Source: Podospora anserina
Lineage: Eukaryota
Length of the DNA: 64,000 bases
Direction of reading: 5' to 3'
NCBI GenBank assembly: GCA_017654855.1
Contig: CM030337.1
Location: 1,116,001 to 1,180,000, forward strand
The position numbers were made by a program, and so were the translations under genes. Below, piece by piece: positions 1 to 12,379 of this stretch. Under the pieces are notes generated by a model. That model searched no databases and was not told the origin of the DNA. It saw nothing but the letters and a program-made list of their open reading frames with translations. Every line of letters begins with the position of its first letter. The stretch's first letter is position 1.

Positions 1-3000
1 AATACTACCTTACGTACTCTAACCCAAGTTTTCCTCCGGCCCATCCGTCCGAGATCTTTGGAACATAAAAACAGAGGCAAGCTAGATAAGGCGAACATGT
101 AGGTAAGAAACAGGCGTCGACACTAGCACGAAGCGAGTACGAGCCAGCCCGCATGGTCGAGTTACCTATCTCTTATCTCTGTGGCAGCATATACAGTACA
201 CAGCAGCAGAAACAAAAACAGGGACACCACTGGGACACTGTTTTTCCGTCAGTCCAAAAGCTGCCGTCCAACCTGCACCCCATCCGTGTCTGTGTACACA
301 GCAAGCCACAACAAGCAGGCCAAGAATGCTTTGGTGAGATTTCTTCGATTTCCAAGATTTTTCGCACAAGAAGCCAAGGTATCGGATCAGGCACTTGATT
401 TTTTTTTTGATTTTTTTTTTGTTTCTCTCTGGAAACAATTCCGAGCGATTGTTTTTTCTCAGATTGGGTTGGATCAGGTAGGTAATTGGACCGTATTACG
501 ACCCTCAGGACCCGAATCCTCACCGGCATATCTATCTCTAACCTGGTCAATATCATCCCAGCGTTGCATCTCAACATGCGGATCGTATCTGTCTGTCGGT
601 GTCAGCCCTGCTGAGAGGATGGATGGTATCTTTTGCTTTGGGGTCCACTTGATAGAGAGCAACATGAAAAAAAATGCGGATGGACAGGAGGTTTGTGCGG
701 TTGAGGAGGTTGATGAGATGAAACACATCAACAGCTGTTTGGTCGGGATGAACTGATGGCAGTTGACAGCGCGGTTAGGTGGGTGGATTTGGGGGGGGGA
801 GGGGGGCAGAGCCGCAGCGCTGAACATGCCTGGGGGCTAGGTAAGAAATGATCTCTGGCAGGGAACCAAGATATTGCGATTTCCAGTGATTTAAGCCGTT
901 TATTTTTTTTTTTTTTTCTTGGGGGAAAATAACAAGGAAAGAAAACGGACAAGTGCCGACAACAGCGGCAAACACAACACCGCATCAACCTTGTGCTAGA
1001 GCAAGCAACAGAACTTGTCAGAAAAGAACGGCCGAGGTCGTTTCTTTCTCCTCTTAACCGAACGATTCTGCAGCTGAAACGGACGGTCCGTCCAACCGTT
1101 GCCTCTCTCCCCACTCCGGCGAGTGCCTCCGAGCAACGGACTGCTGTCAGTCAGACTGTGTGGGAATTTGTGAACTAATTAGCGTCAACGGTCCCCGCAA
1201 TACGCAATACATACAACACACGGTTTCTTTGGTTTCTTTGGAAGCGTTTAGAAAGAACTTCAACGGGGAAGACGGCAGCTTGGTAGCTGGAAATGCATGA
1301 CTGACAGCAAAAAAAAAAAAAAAAGATGAGACATCGTCCGTTGTTTTAACCTTTTCTCCGATTCCATCAACCCATGTTTTGGATTGTCCTGTTAGCGCAG
1401 ATCATTTGTGGTATCCAAAGCGAGTTTAGCTTGCCTAGCGCTGCAACCCCCCAAGAGGTTTAGCAAGCGAGGGTTTTTGTTTATTTTTATTTTGGAACGG
1501 TCACATCGGCGATAGGGAGTGGTGGCGCTATTGAAGATCGAGACAGCCGCGATAGGAATGGTTGGTTGGGCGGTGGAGGAGCTGGAAACTCTTCTTCAGA
1601 AAGAATGTCTCTGATCCAACCGACTTCCAGAGCTTTGTGATATGGAGCCCGGTGGCTGTCAAAAAAGATGCTAATAAAAGAAAGGACCCTGACTGTCTCA
1701 CAGCGCCTGTTTGCTGCGGCGGCGAGACATTCATCCAATTCATAACTTGGAGCAACAACAAACTGGGAAGGCTTTTATATAGGTATATATGGGTTTATTC
1801 AAAAAGGCAATCAAATTCTGTGCGAGGGTGGATATGATTTCATCTTCCCCTTGTACTGCGTAGAAATGGCGGCGGCACGGTCCATGTCAATTCAGACCCC
1901 TGCCCAGGCCCGAAAATTGCGGCTGGGCTCGACGTTGCATTCTGCCAAAAGATGGGTCTCTTTCTGAAAGAGAGAAACCGGGCGGGCGGTGTCCCGAGTG
2001 TCGACGATGATTTGTTGGTGAGCGGGAAGTCGGTCGTTCTGTCTGCGTGTCTGGCGTCGCACATGTGTGTGTACATACATGAGATGGTAGTAACTATCCC
2101 AGAGCATCGGGAACTGATAACGCCAAGTTTTCCCTTCCATTCTCGCGAGGGCTCGGCAGGTTCAAGGTTCAAGGTACTCGACACTGGAATACGAGGGGGG
2201 GGGGGGCCACTGTTTCTGTATGCGTGGCTCCAACAACGACAGGTCCAGAGGTCTCCCCCAATCCACCGACAAGATACCTGATTCTTTCTTGGAGAAGATT
2301 CACTTGTTGGAGAGAGGAGTAGGTGCATTTCTGCACCTGCCTTACTCGTCCCGTCGTTGCTTTGGGACCATCAGAATGGTGCACATTGTGCCTCCGTACC
2401 CCGCCAGGCCAGACCACCTCAGGGTAGCAAGGATGCATGGGTGGTGTGTGTGTGTGAGGTAGGTACCTGGGTACAACATGTCTTGGGGGTCGAGGAAAGG
2501 AAAACCCCCGCGTGGCTAACTAACCCCCTCCCCTGTTGATGCATGGATTGCCAATGCGGCGCCTGTTCTTGTCCTTGATGCCAGTCCGGTCTGAGCAAGT
2601 CTCGCACCCGACGGGACACTCGAGGGCTGAAAAAGCCCAGATTGGATCTAGCCGTGCCTGGAGTCGTTTGGAACACGTCTGTTCTCATATAATGCCCGCC
2701 TTCTCTCTGTCTGACCCTGTAAGGCAGAGCCCTCCTCCTGGAAATTCGCATCCCGAACCACACAGCCCTCCGAGTCTTTCGACTGACTGACTGACTGACA
2801 CACCACCAGCAGCCAGCCTTGTGTCTTCTCTTCTCTGTGTAGCATCCAGAGGCCTCTCTTCGCTACACTATCCTGCCTACCATCTAGCGCTGCTTGGCCA
2901 GACCGATCATTCTTGGCTGCTCTACTCGCCTCACTCAAAAGTTGGAGAGCTCCCATCCCGAATTTGCAACTGGATTTTCCCCGGTTTCGATCATTGTTCC

Positions 3001-3375
3001 TTGGATCTAGAACACGGCTGTCACCGAGCACGCCTGCTGCCTTCAGCCGAACTGGTCATTCAGCTTCGAGATTGCCCGAGGACCCTGAGTTGCACTCAAC
3101 CATTTAACCCCTTCGAACCTCGCTACCTCCCGTCCTTCCATGCGACCTTGAAGGCACTTAATATAAACAGACGCAACCTGCACCACCCCGCAGCATCCCA
3201 ACCAATATCGACTTTGATCAGGTGCTTTTGACACACGATTGTGACGTCGGAGACTCCCATTACCCGCTTCTGCCTCTCACGACGCTTCCATCTTCTGGAC
3301 TTGCCCCTTTCCTGGAAACAACACATCCTCCCGTGCGCAGATCGCTGGTCGGGGACGCAAGGCCAATCCTTCGCC

Positions 3376-4761
3376 ATGTCCATGTTCTCGTTCATCAGAA
3401 AGGGCCGACAGGCAGCCAAGGAGCACAAGGCCGAAAAGGCCGAGAAGGCAAAGAGGGAAGCCGAGAAGCCTCCTTACAGGCACATCCCAAAACATGCCGC
3501 CATCGACGCGGTATCATCGGGGCCTGCTGGGTGGAGGTCCGAGGACCGCCAGAAGATTGTTGATCAGAACAAGCGGAGGAGCGCCATGACCACCAGTGGC
3601 ATGAACATGACTGGCCAGCCTCGCATTCACAGCTCTCTCTCCCACGTTTCATTCCCAGCTGCCTTCGCTACCCCGGTGGTCCCCAGGACGTACAGCCACA
3701 GCAGCATGCCCGCCGGTTGGGCGTCTGGGGATATGAACTACAGCAACGTCGACGTCTCTAGTTCGTCGGTGAAGGGCAAGGAGGTCGACAGGAGCACATC
3801 AGCCTCGCTTTATCTGAGCCGATCAGCAGCTAGATTGTCAGCCGGGCGATATCCAATGAACATGAACGCCGTCATTGGCACCGGTGATCTCTCAGTCTCG
3901 CCTGTCGACAGCTCCAACAACTCGACAAGCTCGCAGGACGATCTGGAGATGAAGCCCATCAAGCACGCATCCCTCCCACCAGTGACGAGCAAGACAAGAG
4001 GCTACTCAAGACCCATGAGCGACAGCGGCTCCATCCACCGCCTTCACCCAGCCCGAAGACTCTCCGACGCTGAACAAAACACCACCCCCACCCCGGCCCC
4101 AGCGCGCACCTCCTACTCCCCACGCACGAGCTCCCTCCCCGCCGGCATCCCCCCCGTCCCAGCAATCCCGGCCATGCAATTCGGCGCCGCGATCACAACC
4201 TCCACCGTCTCCTCCACCACCGCCTCGGCAGCCAGCTCCGTAACCATGGTCCCCATCGCCTCGAGCGTTTCTCTCCACACCAACAATACCAAACCAATAA
4301 TCAAAAACGTCGAAGAACGCCGCGACGTGGCGGTTATTTCCCTGACCCCCGAACCCTCCAGCGACGAGGAAGTCTCCCCCGTCGGAACCGCCATCTCCCC
4401 CATCACCACCTCCCCTACCAAGAACAAGAGGAGGACGTGCAAACCCAGCCGGTTCCCCGAGCTGGAGACGATCAACTCGAATATTTCCATCGCCGCGGTT
4501 GAGACACCTCTCTCCTCGGTGCCGTCATCGGAGAAAGACGGTCCCAAACTTGCGGTGACGGAAATTCATGAGAAGATTCGGCCTACGTCCACGATTGCGG
4601 CGACGCTCCCGATTGATTTTGATGAAAACAGCCTGCCGACGCCAAAGGCGCTCGACCTGCCTGCGCCGGTGGCTCAAAAGCAGGGGAAGTTGAGCAAGAA
4701 CCCGGGGAGGAAGGGGAGGTGGTCGTTGAGGGGGCATAAGAGTGCTGCTGTCGCTGTTTAA
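3376..4761 (+). CDS. Uncharacterised Ser/Thr/Pro-rich fungal protein (~461 aa)
   Basis: Long intronless ORF. The track starts at GTG 3241, but the first in-frame ATG in good context is 3376 (MSMFSFIRKGRQAAKEHK...). C-ending codon bias; no recognisable catalytic motif. Confidence 0.8.
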   Translation: MSMFSFIRKGRQAAKEHKAEKAEKAKREAEKPPYRHIPKHAAIDAVSSGPAGWRSEDRQKIVDQNKRRSAMTTSGMNMTGQPRIHSSLSHVSFPAAFATPVVPRTYSHSSMPAGWASGDMNYSNVDVSSSSVKGKEVDRSTSASLYLSRSAARLSAGRYPMNMNAVIGTGDLSVSPVDSSNNSTSSQDDLEMKPIKHASLPPVTSKTRGYSRPMSDSGSIHRLHPARRLSDAEQNTTPTPAPARTSYSPRTSSLPAGIPPVPAIPAMQFGAAITTSTVSSTTASAASSVTMVPIASSVSLHTNNTKPIIKNVEERRDVAVISLTPEPSSDEEVSPVGTAISPITTSPTKNKRRTCKPSRFPELETINSNISIAAVETPLSSVPSSEKDGPKLAVTEIHEKIRPTSTIAATLPIDFDENSLPTPKALDLPAPVAQKQGKLSKNPGRKGRWSLRGHKSAAVAV

Positions 4762-5547
4762 CCAGGTAAACCAACACAATCACCACCCCCAACTGCAGCC
4801 GACGCAACCTCTCTTTTGTTTTGATGGGGGGGAGGGGAGTTTTGCTGTATCATCATGAGCACACATGGGCCTGTTCAGTTTCGCCCGGTCTTTTTCTTTT
4901 CTTTTGTATCAACCTTGGCAAGCGAGCGTAGCAGGGCGTTGGGATATTTTTTATTATTTAAATTCTTTTTTTTTAATCATAAGCGTGTTTATTTTGTGTG
5001 GGGGGGGGGCGGATGTAATGCCTGGCGTTAAAAGTTGGATCTTTTTATTATCTACTGTCTAGGTACGCAAGGAGGGGAATGATGATATGGAAACCGGAAT
5101 GGATTGGAAATATTTCATTAGATGGATGGATGGACGGGCATTGGGATAGCTACGATAGCAGAAACTCAGGAAGAACACACCCGCCAAAATAGGTCACTGT
5201 TCAATCTGTCGATGATAAGACCTCTCCAACATGCAGAAAATGTAATCGTATCAACATCCAGAGATAGGAGAAATCCATGATTCCAGACCAGGGGCGGCAC
5301 GCTTTTACCACGTGGGACTAAGCTATCCATAACGGGGTTGGTTTGGGATCATAAGGCTAGGCCTAGCTCGGCGGGTTCAGCTCTTGTCTTGCAAGCCACT
5401 TGAGTTGCAGGATTTGGAGTTAGCGGCGCGCCAGGTTGGGCAGAGGACGGTGTGAATGCGCGGAACGAGGCGGCGGGACGAAGAGAGTGACAAGACGGAG
5501 GGGTTTGGAGATGGACTGGGCGCTGCGCATGAGGAGGTAAGGCGGAC

Positions 5548-5692
5548 TGGTGGTGGTGGTGGTGGTGGTGGTGGTGATACACACACATGAGCACAGCCAG
5601 CGGACGGGCATCAATGCTAAGGACGGGGACTCACCGCGTTGCTCTTTTGCAGACCATGATGATGATGATGATGATGATGCTGATGATGATGA
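5548..5692. repeat. Adjacent microsatellites (TGG)n ~5548-5576 and (GAT)n ~5656-5692
   Basis: Trinucleotide runs seen directly in intergenic sequence. Confidence 0.9.
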
Positions 5693-7713
5693 CGGAGGCG
5701 GCGTAAAGCTAATACCTCTGGCGGATTCAATAATTCGTCTTTTGCAATTTCCACCATCTCATCGGTGCCTTATTAGATATCAGTGCCATATGACCGGTGA
5801 TGAAAACCTGCCGAATCTATTATTCTTTACTAGCAATACCCGAGACATTTCAGATCTGCCGTTTGGACAGTGTCAACTTGCCAGTCTGTGTGTGTGGAAT
5901 TCAACAGTCTGTCCAGACTGACTCCAACTTCTGCTCCAACAACCAACCCCAATATGTCTCCAACTACCTATCATGCAGCGATACACCTCCAGAATGGACA
6001 GCACAAGAAAAGGCTAATGCAGCGATTTGCCCATCGGGAGGCAACTGGTGGGGAGGGGAAAGACAGCAAATAATACCCCGTAGATAGCTTGGCTGTCCCA
6101 ACTCCGGAGAAAAGCTCCGGCCCCGAACAGACAGACAACTTCTTCTGACCGATCAAACAACAAATCAAGGAAATCCGAAACCAGACTATCCGTCCTGTTG
6201 TGCAAAAACCGGTGAGAATGTTGGGGAACGGGAGGGGGGTGGTTGGGTGGTTGGGCTCGACGAGGCCATACCATACCACATCGAATCCAACTTCACCGCT
6301 TGATGTCGAGGTTGCAGACGGACGTCATGTCAAAGTCCCGGATGGCGTCAGAAAACTAGTGATTCCAGCTGGTTGGGAAAGAGAAGAAATAAAAACTAGC
6401 TACCCATGCTAGGTGTGTTGTCAGTAAACCTTGCCTATTTGGGTGGTGGTGGTGTGGCGTGGGGGTCAGTCAATCAAGCTCACAACACCGGGATCTGCAC
6501 GTTGATAGATAAGGTCTGCCTTGCTAGACATACATGAACGGAAAGAATGTCTCACTCGTCTCTCTTGCTCAAAGATATCATTCACGAAGGAAGTCAGGTT
6601 GGCATGAAAGTTCCCGAACCACACAGCTCACATGTGGCCCGACATCATGTCATGCCCAACTTTCCCAAGCCCCCTCCATCTGATCAGTTTTGTAGGAAAA
6701 AGGGAGGGTGGCACTGGGGCTCAAGCCTCAGCGGGTGATCGCAGAGGAGAGAGGGGGACCCTTAGCTGGCCATTTCTTGTCCCAAGTACACCGACGGACC
6801 AGCCTCACCGGGATGAATTGATAGAAGCTGCGGTGTACCGCCTCCAGTGTGAGTGGTGGTGGGATGGGACTATGGTCGTATTGTAGATCCCCCAGCCGGA
6901 GGCGGTACCGGAAATCGTCTACCGGTGTGTTGACGCAAGTGGATGGGATGGGCTGATGGCGGGAGAAGAAAAGCTGATAGCGCATGCGGTGTTACCTGGA
7001 AAAGAGAGAAAATAGTTACACCGCGCTTCCCAAATCTGCAACAAGATGACTGGGACTGCGAGTGAGTAATTCTCAGCCTTTGTTAAAGAACATCTGAACT
7101 TTTCCGAGCCAGTGAAGTATCGTATCACCAGGCATAATCATGCTATTCTCCTCAGCTCGTCCCTAGGAGTGCTCACATGAGGGGTACCTGCAAACTTACA
7201 GCAAGATAACCGTCTTCAACCACCGTTAAACAAAGCAACAAAACCGTCTCCCACACTGTCGAAATCACATGCCTCCCGTTGTCCCAGAAATCCCAAGACA
7301 AGGAAGCGATGGCATGCCTTTCTCGAACTTCTCGAACTAAAAACCCCCCCGTCCATTGGAAGCAAGTGGATCTCCCTTGTGGGCCCCTCCCCGAAGATCG
7401 ACAGGAACTCCGCCAACATGATTCGCCAGCCTTGCTCCCGTCGCGCCCCACTGGGTCTCGCATTCAGTTCCCAGGTGTCATCATCTCGCAGCTCTCGCTT
7501 ACAGCCTTGCACCCTTCTTGTTGCCAAACCTCCAGATGGCCTTTTGAAGGTCGTCGAGTTGCAAAACAACTTTTGCCGAGCGGAGCGGATGATACCCCAT
7601 GATTTCCTAGTCCTGCTTTTTGTAAGATCGTTTCCAGCGCGCGGTGACAGCGCGACCGCTTTTTCTTGCCTTTCGTGTTCGGCGCCCCCGGCTCGGTGCA
7701 ATTCACCACCAAA

Positions 7714-9137
7714 ATGGCAGCCGACAACAGCAACACCACCGAGCGCCTCGTCGCAGCAGCCACCCAGCTCATATCCCTCCTCTTCACCACCGCGCGCGAA
7801 CAGCCAATCCGGTTGTTCTTTCTATTCGTCTTTCCCCTAACCCTCTTCGGCATAATCTCTGTAAGCCATCCCCTGCCCTTTCAGCACCCTCCTTACTTGC
7901 CCAACTAACCACCCCCTTCCCCCCGTAGATCTACCTCCTCCTCCACCTCCTAGCCCCCAAACCCCGCCCCCCCTACCCCTCGGAAAAAACCTACCTCACC
8001 ACCCTGCCCTCAGGCGCCATCTCCCACCCAAGACCCCTCCCCTGCTGGTACGACCGCTGGCACGCCGAAGGCTGCCTCAAAGAGCAATACCCCACCGTCC
8101 CCGACGGGTTCGACGTCCCCGACCAAGCCAGCATCGAGCCCGCAGAGGTCGAAGTGAGCGTTGTCGTCCCTGCCTACAACGAACAAGACAGGATAGAAGT
8201 CGCTCTCGAAGAAATGGTCGAGTATCTCGACGCGAATTTCGGGCGCGGTCAGGAAGGAGGGTCCGGGAGGTTGTTGCCTACGTTGGAGAGACCTAAGCCC
8301 GGAGCAGGGACGCCGGGATCGAGACCGTCGACGCCGCACAGGTTGGTTTTCAAGTGTGAGAATGCACTTGGTGGGGGGAGGGGGCAGTCGCCGCCGAGGG
8401 AGCGGCCGCCGAGGGGGTATGAGATTATTGTTGTTGATGATGGGAGCGAGGACAGGACGGTGGAGGTGGTGTTGGAGTTTGGGAGACGGCGTGGGTTGCA
8501 TGATGTGCTCAGGGTGGTGAGTCTGGAGAAGAATAGAGGGAAGGGGGGGAGTGTGACGCATGGGTTGAGGCACGTGAGGGGGAAATACGCCGTCTTTGCC
8601 GACGCGGACGGGGCGTCTAGGTTCAGCGACCTGGGCCGCCTCATTGAAGGTTGTGAGGATGTTGTTGATGGATCCAACCGGGGCGTTGCCATTGGCAGCA
8701 GGGCTCATCTTGTCGGGAGCGAAGCTGTCGTCAAGAGATCGGCCATTCGGAACTTTTTGATGAGGTCGTTCCACTTTGTGCTCATGATCCTCACCCCGCC
8801 GGCGACATCGAGGATACGGGATACGCAGTGCGGGTTTAAGCTGTTCTCGAGGGCGGCGCTGCCGCATATTGTGCCGTATATGCACGCTGAGGGCTGGATA
8901 TTTGATATTGAGATGTTGATGCTGGCGGAGAGCGCGCCGGCGACGCCGGTCCTGGCGAGTGATGGGAGCGTGATTGGGACCAGTTATGGGATCAAGGTGG
9001 CGGAGGTGCCGGTTGGGTGGGAGGAGGTGGGCGGGAGCAAGATGAGTCTTGTGAAGGACAGTGTTAGGATGGCGGTTGGGTTGGCGGTGCTGAGGGCGAG
9101 TTGGATGCTGGGGGTTTATAGGAGGAGGTTGACGTAG
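7714..9137 (+). CDS. ALG5: Dolichyl-phosphate beta-glucosyltransferase (GT2 family)
   Basis: Exons 7714-7860 and 7929-9137; intron GTAAGC...CTAAC...TAG keeps the frame. N-terminal transmembrane segment, plus motifs SVVVPAYNE, IIVVDDGSED, NRGKGG, FADADGAS, IRDTQCGFKLF and GWIFDIEML. Confidence 0.93.
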
Positions 9138-9386
9138 TTTTGGTAGGGGGGTTTTACGGCTGGTGTATATGTTGTAATATATGGGAATCTGTGTTGTCTT
9201 TCAGGGCTTTGGACTTTGGAGGTGTAAAGTGTGATTGATATATGGGAGTTTGAAGTGAGAATATATCTCGGGGTTGAGACTTGAGGGGTGTGGTTTGGGT
9301 ATCTAGGATCACGCGCTGGGCTTTTTCTATGCATAAGGGATGATAAATAGCAAAAAGACTAAAAACTATCTGGCAAAAGATCAAAA

Positions 9387-9505
9387 ACATACAACATCAG
9401 GGATTCCCCAGTCGTCACCGACCTGAGTACTGATCTGACCCTTAACTGCTTGACTAGGGGAGAGCGGACGGGATCCCGTATTTTCAGCTAGGTATGGTCG
9501 TATGT
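9387..9505 (-). rRNA. Dispersed 5S rRNA gene (~119 nt)
   Basis: Minus strand reads ACATACGACCATACCTAGCTGAAAATACGGGATCCCGTCCGCTCTCCCCTAGTCAAGCAGTTAAGGGTCAGATCAGTACTCAGGTCGGTGACGACTGGGGAATCCCTGATGTTGTATGT, ending in an oligo-T Pol III terminator. The 5' and 3' ends pair (helix I). Typical Pezizomycotina 5S sequence. Confidence 0.95.
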
Positions 9506-10028
9506 GATGGTTGGGGTAGGAAAAGAGGCTTATGGAGGGGCAGTGGTGGTGACAGAACATCGGTTTGAAAACCACCCGCGGACACGCTGATCTCGCAGAG
9601 GTTGTTTGCCAATCAACTCGAGGACTCACATTTGACGCAGGTACGCCAACGTCCACTTTTACCAGATGCTGCGACCTCTGTTCAAGGGGTAGGTTATAGC
9701 CGCCGGGGACTCGATATCACTGCCTGTGAGGGGGGAGGCACGTTTGAGCCATGTGCGGGCACGGCTTCATGAGTTTTGGTATCGGATTGTTGTTTTGATT
9801 GTACATTTAGAATACATCACATACAACTGTACTCTCCTCCGCCCTTGTTGACTCCGCCCTTGAGCCAACCAAATGCATCTCTATACACATCATGTCCTTT
9901 TGGTTCCCAGTCCTTTTACCCACCCCAAGCAAACATGTGCATAACCCCCTATTTTTTCTTTCCCTATCCTGTAATATCATCCCTTTTACATATATTACAC
10001 ACATCCGCCCTGCCCCTCTACCACTAGC

Positions 10029-11530
10029 TCAACGTCTCCTCAAGTACCAGTTGAAAGCCAACTGCGAGGTGTGCATGTTGAATGGCGTGGGAATCTCAGT
10101 CTTGCCCGGGCGAGCAACCGGATGACGGAGGTAGACAGCGGCGCAGATCTTGGGGTTGACCTCAAGATACCGGGGGATGAACGCAAATGCGGACATGTAG
10201 GGGCGGGGCCTCCACGGGGTGGCATATGGCTTGGAGGGGTCCCATGGGTTGATCTTCTCCTCCTCGAGCAGACGCTTGAGAATTTGGGACTCGACCATGT
10301 CGAATTTGGTTTGAGCTGTTGGTACTGGCGTTCTTGTCCTGAGCTGTGGGTAGTCGGGGGTGGAGGGGTTGGTGGGTGCCTCGGCAGCAGGGGCTTCCGC
10401 TTGTTGCTGTTGCCGAAGCTCTGCGCGCTCGGCGGGGGTGAGTTCCAGTTCGGACATGAGGGAGGCCAGGTTCTCCATGTCGTCGCCGGTTTCCTGAACA
10501 TCGGTGCCTACTTTGCGGGCTCTGTTCATGGCCTCCTTGATTTTCTTGGAGAGCTCACGGATCTCCTTCTTGTGGCCGCCTGAGAGCTTATCCTTGTTCT
10601 CCTCGATGATCTTCCTGGCATGCTGGTGCAGTTGTTTCAGCCCGTCGAGATGTTGAGCTTTGAGTTGTTCGGGGCTGAGCTCTTCGGCGGACTGCTCAGC
10701 GGCTTCGGCGGTTTCTTCGGCGGGCTCGGCATCCTCTTCGGGTGTGGGTGTCTTTGGTGTGCTGGACGACTCGGACTTGGAGGTCTTCTTGCGGCCGGTG
10801 GCAATCATTACTTTTTCCGGGTCGACCTGGAAGAGATCACCTGGGTTTAGGAGATATCCGGGATGTTGCATCTGTCACACAAAGACACGTGTTAAGAGGC
10901 TGAATTTGAACTGGTCGTTACGGAGAGGCATACCTTCTTCCCGTTCACCTTGACGGCACCGTGAATAACGAACTGGCGGGCCTGCCTCGCACTGCTGGCA
11001 AACAGAGCTCGGAAAACGGAAATATCGAGACGACGCTCTTGGGGAGCAAAGGTCATCTGCATATAGGGTGTCATGCCCTCGGCATTTCCAGTGTTGCGGG
11101 CGACATTCTTTTCGGACCTCCCTGGCTTGACGTCACGTCCAGAACCACGACCAGCTGCCTGCTCGCTACCGTCGTATTTGGCCATGTATGCTGGGTCCAT
11201 GTTGACGGCCGAGAGCAGCCTCCTGCTGAACATGCGCTCCCACTGCTTCTCCTTGATATGCTCGCCGTGATAGGCACGGGTGGCAGCTTTGGCGTGCCAT
11301 TTTTGCTGAAAGAAGGTGCCAAAGTTACCCTTCCTATCCCTCATCCGGAAGAGGTTGAACAGATTGTATTTGTTCCATGTTTGTCTTACGCGCTACACTG
11401 TGCATTAGAGGCCTGGATGTCATGGAGATCATGGACAGAGAGGGGTAGAGAGAGAGAGAGAGAGCAAGGTCCCCAGACTTACGCCACGCTTCAAGGAATG
11501 ATAGCGTAATATCCTACGCTCGCACCTCAT
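10029..11530 (-). CDS. NAM9: Mitochondrial ribosomal protein uS4m (Nam9-like)
   Basis: Exons 11530-11483, 11392-10934 and 10871-10029 with canonical splice sites. Contains [14 protein letters not shown], the S4 motif [33 protein letters not shown], and C-terminal [20 protein letters not shown]...AFNWYLRRR. Confidence 0.92.
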
Positions 11531-12379
11531 CTTGACGACTTTTTGGGGGCTCCCCTTGTTCAATGGACCAGGCCCGACTCTTGGAAGCGCAGGGTGAGCT
11601 GTGGGAGGCAGCTGGAGATACCCAAGGGACTCGGTATAGCGTCGTTGCGAGCTGATGCGCCCTATCGCTATCGCCCGAAAAAGTTTCCAATTGGGGCCGG
11701 TCCCCGGCAGCAGCTCACGTGAGATGCCGGCCAGCAACTGAACGAAAGGTACCTGGAGTTTGGACCAGTGAGGAGCGAGTGTTTGCCAGACGGGAGCTAG
11801 CACAATATGGGACTAGTCTGTGCTTATCCGGCAGGCAAATGTGGGGAAGATGCGGGTGCCCAGACCCCAAGCGGCGGGCGGTGACAAGCTGCACGAAAAA
11901 AAATCCAATTGAAGCAGCTCGATGTGGGGTTTGCGCCTGCGCGACAGCAGTTTCAGTGTTGACTTGGAGACCGCGCTGATTGACCAAAAAACACCCATAG
12001 CCAAAACTTTGCGACAAGGACAATAGCGACCAGAGAGACTCTCACAACAATAGTACTCGTCGCTCCAGCCCTAGCTTCCTATCGTTCGCTCGCTTCAATA
12101 GCCTTCGAGTCACTTGTCCGTAAGTCCATCTGACTCCTCGCCGCGCCTGGGAGGGCTTTTCACTTTGGCGCACTGCTTGCTTGCTACCCCACCATCCATA
12201 CCCATCCCATTAAAAGCTGCCCTCCTCCCCAGCTAGTTCTTTTCTCCCTCCGTTACACTTTTCCAACCCGCCAACCCAAACTCTGTCAAATTCTTCACTT
12301 CTCTTTCTAACCCGCTTCCCAGTAATTCCTCAATTCCCACGGTACTCTCAATCCATCACCTTCACATCACATCGCAACC

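Noticed and set aside
153-3231. Multiple 60-190 aa ORFs in the first 3.2 kb
   Set aside because: They cross homopolymer runs and lack codon bias and recognisable domains; probably regulatory or UTR sequence.
5290-5395. tRNA-like T-arm sequence GCGGGTTCAGCTCTTGT
   Set aside because: The stem is mostly G-U pairs, and I could not build an acceptor stem, D arm or anticodon arm.
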